64,000 nt of DNA from Promethearchaeota archaeon Loki_b31 (lineage in GTDB: Archaea > Asgardarchaeota > Lokiarchaeia > Sigyniarchaeales > SOKP01): assembly GCA_005222975.1 (NCBI GenBank), contig NJBI01000009.1:20449-84448 (forward strand), written 5' to 3'. Shown here in pieces: positions 60,136 through 64,000 of the stretch. Made by a program: the position numbers and the translations under genes. The stretch's first letter is position 1. Each line of letters begins with the position of its first letter. Below the pieces are notes generated by a model. It ran no database searches. It saw nothing but the letters and a program-made list of their open reading frames with translations, and was not told where the DNA came from.

Positions 60136-61335
60136 ATGGAAAAGGAAATAATGGAAGACGTAAAAAAGTATCAGAAGGCTGAAAAATTAAAAAAACGGCG
60201 CGATGAAGTCGAACCTCTACCATGGTATTACGACGGTTTGGAAAACTTATCCAATAGGATTCATCCCGAAAAACAATCTTTACTAGTTTCTGATATTGAG
60301 CTTCTTTCACACGATACTAAACTGTTTAGATTTATTTCTGCGAAACCTGACAAACCTTTAGCGCCCTTTCGTGCAGGACAATATGTAGGCCTTACTGTAG
60401 AAATTAATGGCGTTCGAACATTGCGCCCGTATTCTCTTGTCTCGTCGCCAAATCAACTCTCCTACTATGAATTAGGCGTTAGAAAAAAAGAAGGCGGTTT
60501 TGTTAGCCCTTTTCTTTTCGGAAATTTAAAAATTGGTGATATTATTGAAGTAACTGAGCCCTTAGGAAATCTCTACTACAATCCCATTTTTCACGGCAAA
60601 GATTTGGTTTTTATTGCTGGTGGGTGTGGTATTACACCTTTTATGTCAATGCTAAGAGATATCTCCGAGAAAAGGCTTCCCCTAAACATTTGGTTAATAT
60701 TCGGAAGTTTAACTGAGACAGATATCTTGTTTCGAGGTGAATTAGAAGATATCCAAAAAAGAAGGTCAAATATCAAAATCAAATATATCCTCTCTGAACC
60801 AACTCCAGAATGGAAAGGAGAATGTGGTTTTATCTCAAAGGATAAGATATTAAACGAAATTATATCAATTGAAAACAAGTACTTTTACATTGTTGGCAAT
60901 CGTGCTATGTACCAATTTGTAGATGAAGAATTAAAAGCTCTTGGAGTTCCTAAGCATCGAATATATTATGAGGCATTTGGAGTTCCTAACGACATCACTC
61001 GAGTTATGGGGTGGCCTCAAGAAATAGATGCCTTTAAGAAAGTTCAAATTACAGTAGAATTTAGACGTCATGCTTCGAAAGAAAAAATAGTAATTGAAGG
61101 ATCATGTATAGAACCGCTTTTAAATAGTCTAGAACGATCAAAAGAATTGAAAGTCGAAATCGCTAGCGGATGTCGCTCAGGCGAATGTGCTTTCTGCCGA
61201 ACAAAAATGATTTCGGGCAAAATATTTGTCCCACCAGAGGTGACTATACGGGAGGTTGATAAGGACTTAAACTATATACATCCATGTATATCTTACCCAA
61301 TTACAGATATCCATTTAGACCTAACTTTAACTTAA
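60136..61335 (+). CDS. FAD/NAD(P)-binding oxidoreductase with C-terminal 2Fe-2S domain
   Basis: RPYSL, GGFVS, AGGCGITP, CRSGECAFC...C. Confidence 0.9.
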   Translation: MEKEIMEDVKKYQKAEKLKKRRDEVEPLPWYYDGLENLSNRIHPEKQSLLVSDIELLSHDTKLFRFISAKPDKPLAPFRAGQYVGLTVEINGVRTLRPYSLVSSPNQLSYYELGVRKKEGGFVSPFLFGNLKIGDIIEVTEPLGNLYYNPIFHGKDLVFIAGGCGITPFMSMLRDISEKRLPLNIWLIFGSLTETDILFRGELEDIQKRRSNIKIKYILSEPTPEWKGECGFISKDKILNEIISIENKYFYIVGNRAMYQFVDEELKALGVPKHRIYYEAFGVPNDITRVMGWPQEIDAFKKVQITVEFRRHASKEKIVIEGSCIEPLLNSLERSKELKVEIASGCRSGECAFCRTKMISGKIFVPPEVTIREVDKDLNYIHPCISYPITDIHLDLTLT

Positions 61336-61425
61336 TTTTTTTATTATATATATTTTAAATAATAAAAAATAACAATAACAATTAAGAAAAAAAATCATTA
61401 AAAAATAAATAAAAATTTATGAATT

Positions 61426-62250
61426 TTACTTCCAACGCCATTTGGGTTTTGTTTTTTGGAGCCTAGCTAAAGCTCCGCTTACAGTATCTTTTGTTTGGAG
61501 TAATTGAGAACTGATAAGAGTTTCTAATTCTAATCCAAATGCTACATCCTTACCATAACAATCATCAATTAATTTTTTAGCTAAACCAACACCTAATGGA
61601 CCACTTTCAATGAGTTCATCAGTATACATCTTAATTATCGAGTCTAATTCATCTGGTGTTTTTGCTACTCTGTTCACCACTCTTAGACGGTAAGCTTCAT
61701 TCCCATCAAATTCTCTCCCAGTTAAAATGATATCTTTCGCACTTTGAATGCCAGCTAATCTAGTTAACCTTATTGTGCCTCCTACATCTGGGTTTATTGA
61801 CATCTTAGTTTCTAGCAGGCTAAAGATCGCAGAATCTCGACAAAACCGGAAATCACAAGCTAAAGCTAATTCAAACGCCATTCCGAAGCAGTAGCCGTTA
61901 ATTTTAGCTATTACGGGTTTCTCCATTTTTTCAATTTTTGTAAAAACAGGTTGTAGTCTAGTATTCATAAAATATCTAAAATTTCGAGGGATTTTTAAAT
62001 CTGGAATGACTCCTTCAGGATCTTTTTCTTGTCCAGTTAAAAAATTTAAATCAATACCAGAACTAAAAATATCCTCACCACCTGTTATTATGACAACTCT
62101 AGTGTTAGTGCGTTCAATGCGATCTAGTGCTTTTTCAAATGCTACTAACATCTCATAATTTATAGCATTTTTTTTAGCTAATCGGTTAAGGGCAATCGTA
62201 GATATCGTTTTGTCTTCGTTTTCCTCTACTAAAATAATATTGCTATCCAT
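61426..62250 (-). CDS. enoyl-CoA hydratase/isomerase family
   Basis: FSSGIDL, KPVIAKING, ELALACDFR, PDVGG. Confidence 0.9.
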   Translation of the reverse strand: MDSNIILVEENEDKTISTIALNRLAKKNAINYEMLVAFEKALDRIERTNTRVVIITGGEDIFSSGIDLNFLTGQEKDPEGVIPDLKIPRNFRYFMNTRLQPVFTKIEKMEKPVIAKINGYCFGMAFELALACDFRFCRDSAIFSLLETKMSINPDVGGTIRLTRLAGIQSAKDIILTGREFDGNEAYRLRVVNRVAKTPDELDSIIKMYTDELIESGPLGVGLAKKLIDDCYGKDVAFGLELETLISSQLLQTKDTVSGALARLQKTKPKWRWK

Positions 62251-62724
62251 CTTTTATCACTTTTAAAATTCAATTCACTAACTAATTAATATTATAATAA
62301 TAATTGTGATCAGTAATTAAAAAATGTCACAAATCAGTAATTCAACCTGACATTAATAAATTATTGCCAACAAGTCGTCAGTAATAAAAAATGTCAGTAA
62401 ACCTTTACTTTTTACTATTGTTCTAAGTACTCTTTTTTGACAATTGCCCTATTGTCGTCAGCACTATAATTGCCATTTTTGAAATGGGAGGTAACTTAAG
62501 ACAATAGGATTTAAATGCTGTTATACGACCCAAATCGTATTTTGATTTTATAACGCCGTAATTCTTCTTATATCTACCTTAATTTAACTATAAGAAGTGA
62601 TATGATGAGAAAGATGAAGAATAAAGAAAATATTTAAATATTAGTTTGATGTTTAATTAAAGTAACTTAAATCTAACAAAAATGTAAATTTATTGCTTTT
62701 AAAAAGTTAAAATAAACTATTAAA

Positions 62725-62934
62725 ATGGGTGAAAAAATGAGACTTACAAAAAATAAGTATATTTTAATTGTAATGATTTTCACATCGTTTATAATTAGTG
62801 GTTTAATTGTTAGCCAAACTGAATTCAAGGAATCGGACATAACAGAAATGTTCAAGAGTGAAAATTCAATCAATTCCGAATTTTTAGATCTACAATCTAT
62901 CGATAACATCAAGAATCTATACTGCGACAATTAG
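62725..62934 (+). pseudogene. truncated secreted/membrane protein fragment
   Basis: signal-like N-terminus followed by an early stop. Confidence 0.3.
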
Positions 62935-62988
62935 CTATATAAACTCCCATAATCAATATCATGATTATCCCGGTGATTTAAATGTAAA

Positions 62989-63951
62989 TTGGATATACGA
63001 TACTCATATAAAAATTTATGGAGATTTATATGGAACTTTAAGAAACTAATAATTTTTTTTTTTAATTTAATTTATAATGTTATAAATGGGAATATGAAGA
63101 TTCTTCATCTTGTATATAGAATTATATGGTATACTTCTATAATATTAATAGTTATTGAATTGATAATTGGGGCAACCTCACTAAGTTTTATAATATTTGA
63201 AATAGAAAACGCCTTAATTTTTAGATTAAATATTATTACAATTCCAATAATCTGTATTTTGTTTTTATTTCTTATTTTTTTCTATCCAACATTCTATAGA
63301 AATAAAAAAAATCCAAAATTCACATTCATCTCTAGACATGAGATGATTAAAGGAACCAATTTTCGATCTCAATTCTGGATAGATTTTCTTTTCGGAAGTC
63401 TCTTTATTTATTTGATTTTATTCTTCCTTTCCTTTTTAATAAATTATGGCATATTAGATTCAGAAAAAGTAAGATTTGGAACTTTAGGGTTAAGTATTAT
63501 TTTTCTTGATATAACAATAATTAACATAAAGTATTACAAATTAGGTTTAAAATTTTTTAGTTTCTTTGTGCTGTATAGTTCAGTACTTGCTGTCATAGTA
63601 GTTCCAATGTTGATATTTATTGGGATTCCATTTTTTGTTTTCTATTATTATGATGTCTCTTGGTTTTTTGCTGACCCAACAATTTTATTAGACGTTTTTA
63701 TATCTTCGCATGTTAGAGATATGAGAACAATCTGGTTAAATACTTATTTACATTGCTCTTTCGTTTATTCTGAAGCATTTTTAATAATTAAAACGATTAT
63801 CTTTCTGGTCGGATTGGTTTTATTTGCAGTTTCAATAGCTCAATTAGTATATTGGCTTAAAAAGGAAAAAAAATATGAGGTTGCAAGATCATCTCAGTCA
63901 CGCTTTATAATCCTTCTAAGTGGCGACAAAAACACCAAAAAGTTGAAATAG
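62989..63951 (+). CDS. multi-pass membrane protein
   Basis: long hydrophobic ORF; likely start at ATG ~63093. Confidence 0.55.
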   Translation: MDIRYSYKNLWRFIWNFKKLIIFFFNLIYNVINGNMKILHLVYRIIWYTSIILIVIELIIGATSLSFIIFEIENALIFRLNIITIPIICILFLFLIFFYPTFYRNKKNPKFTFISRHEMIKGTNFRSQFWIDFLFGSLFIYLILFFLSFLINYGILDSEKVRFGTLGLSIIFLDITIINIKYYKLGLKFFSFFVLYSSVLAVIVVPMLIFIGIPFFVFYYYDVSWFFADPTILLDVFISSHVRDMRTIWLNTYLHCSFVYSEAFLIIKTIIFLVGLVLFAVSIAQLVYWLKKEKKYEVARSSQSRFIILLSGDKNTKKLK

Positions 63952-64000
63952 ATGGACAACCTTATTTATAACCATGAAATATAAAACAAATTCAAAAAAA

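Noticed and set aside
280-62930. Numerous short ORFs antisense to or overlapping confident genes (e.g. 3316-3684, 14343-14702, 18530-18904, 31684-32124)
   Set aside because: Shadow ORFs of well-supported genes, with no independent motifs.

Overview
AT-rich archaeal chromosomal window, most consistent with an Asgard archaeon (Lokiarchaeia-like). That assignment is inferred from a Rab-like GTPase flanked by longin/roadblock-like genes, CdhB/CdhC, a TFB paralog and many fatty-acid/CoA enzymes. 1-17.5 kb is a DNA-processing locus (Hef helicase, TFB paralog, RadB-like, RadA-like, Zn-ribbon and membrane proteins). 17.5-64 kb is mostly metabolism (beta-oxidation enzymes, ACDS subunits, amino-acid ABC transporter). 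It also holds a ~4.5 kb island bounded by a duplicated gene 3' end, an orphan methyltransferase-specificity fusion and a small-GTPase module. Main finding: two conserved protein-coding genes that look broken are interrupted by four tiny (29-32 nt) hairpin inserts, one in the RadA-like gene (15157-15187) and three in a thiolase gene (48851-48882, 48978-49006, 49390-49419). Each insert folds into a bulge-helix-bulge (BHB) or relaxed BHB motif. Cutting at the canonical tRNA-splicing-endonuclease positions exactly restores the reading frame and the conserved protein motifs. These are candidate BHB-type mRNA introns, including a 4-exon gene. No rRNA, tRNA, CRISPR array or transposase was recognised.
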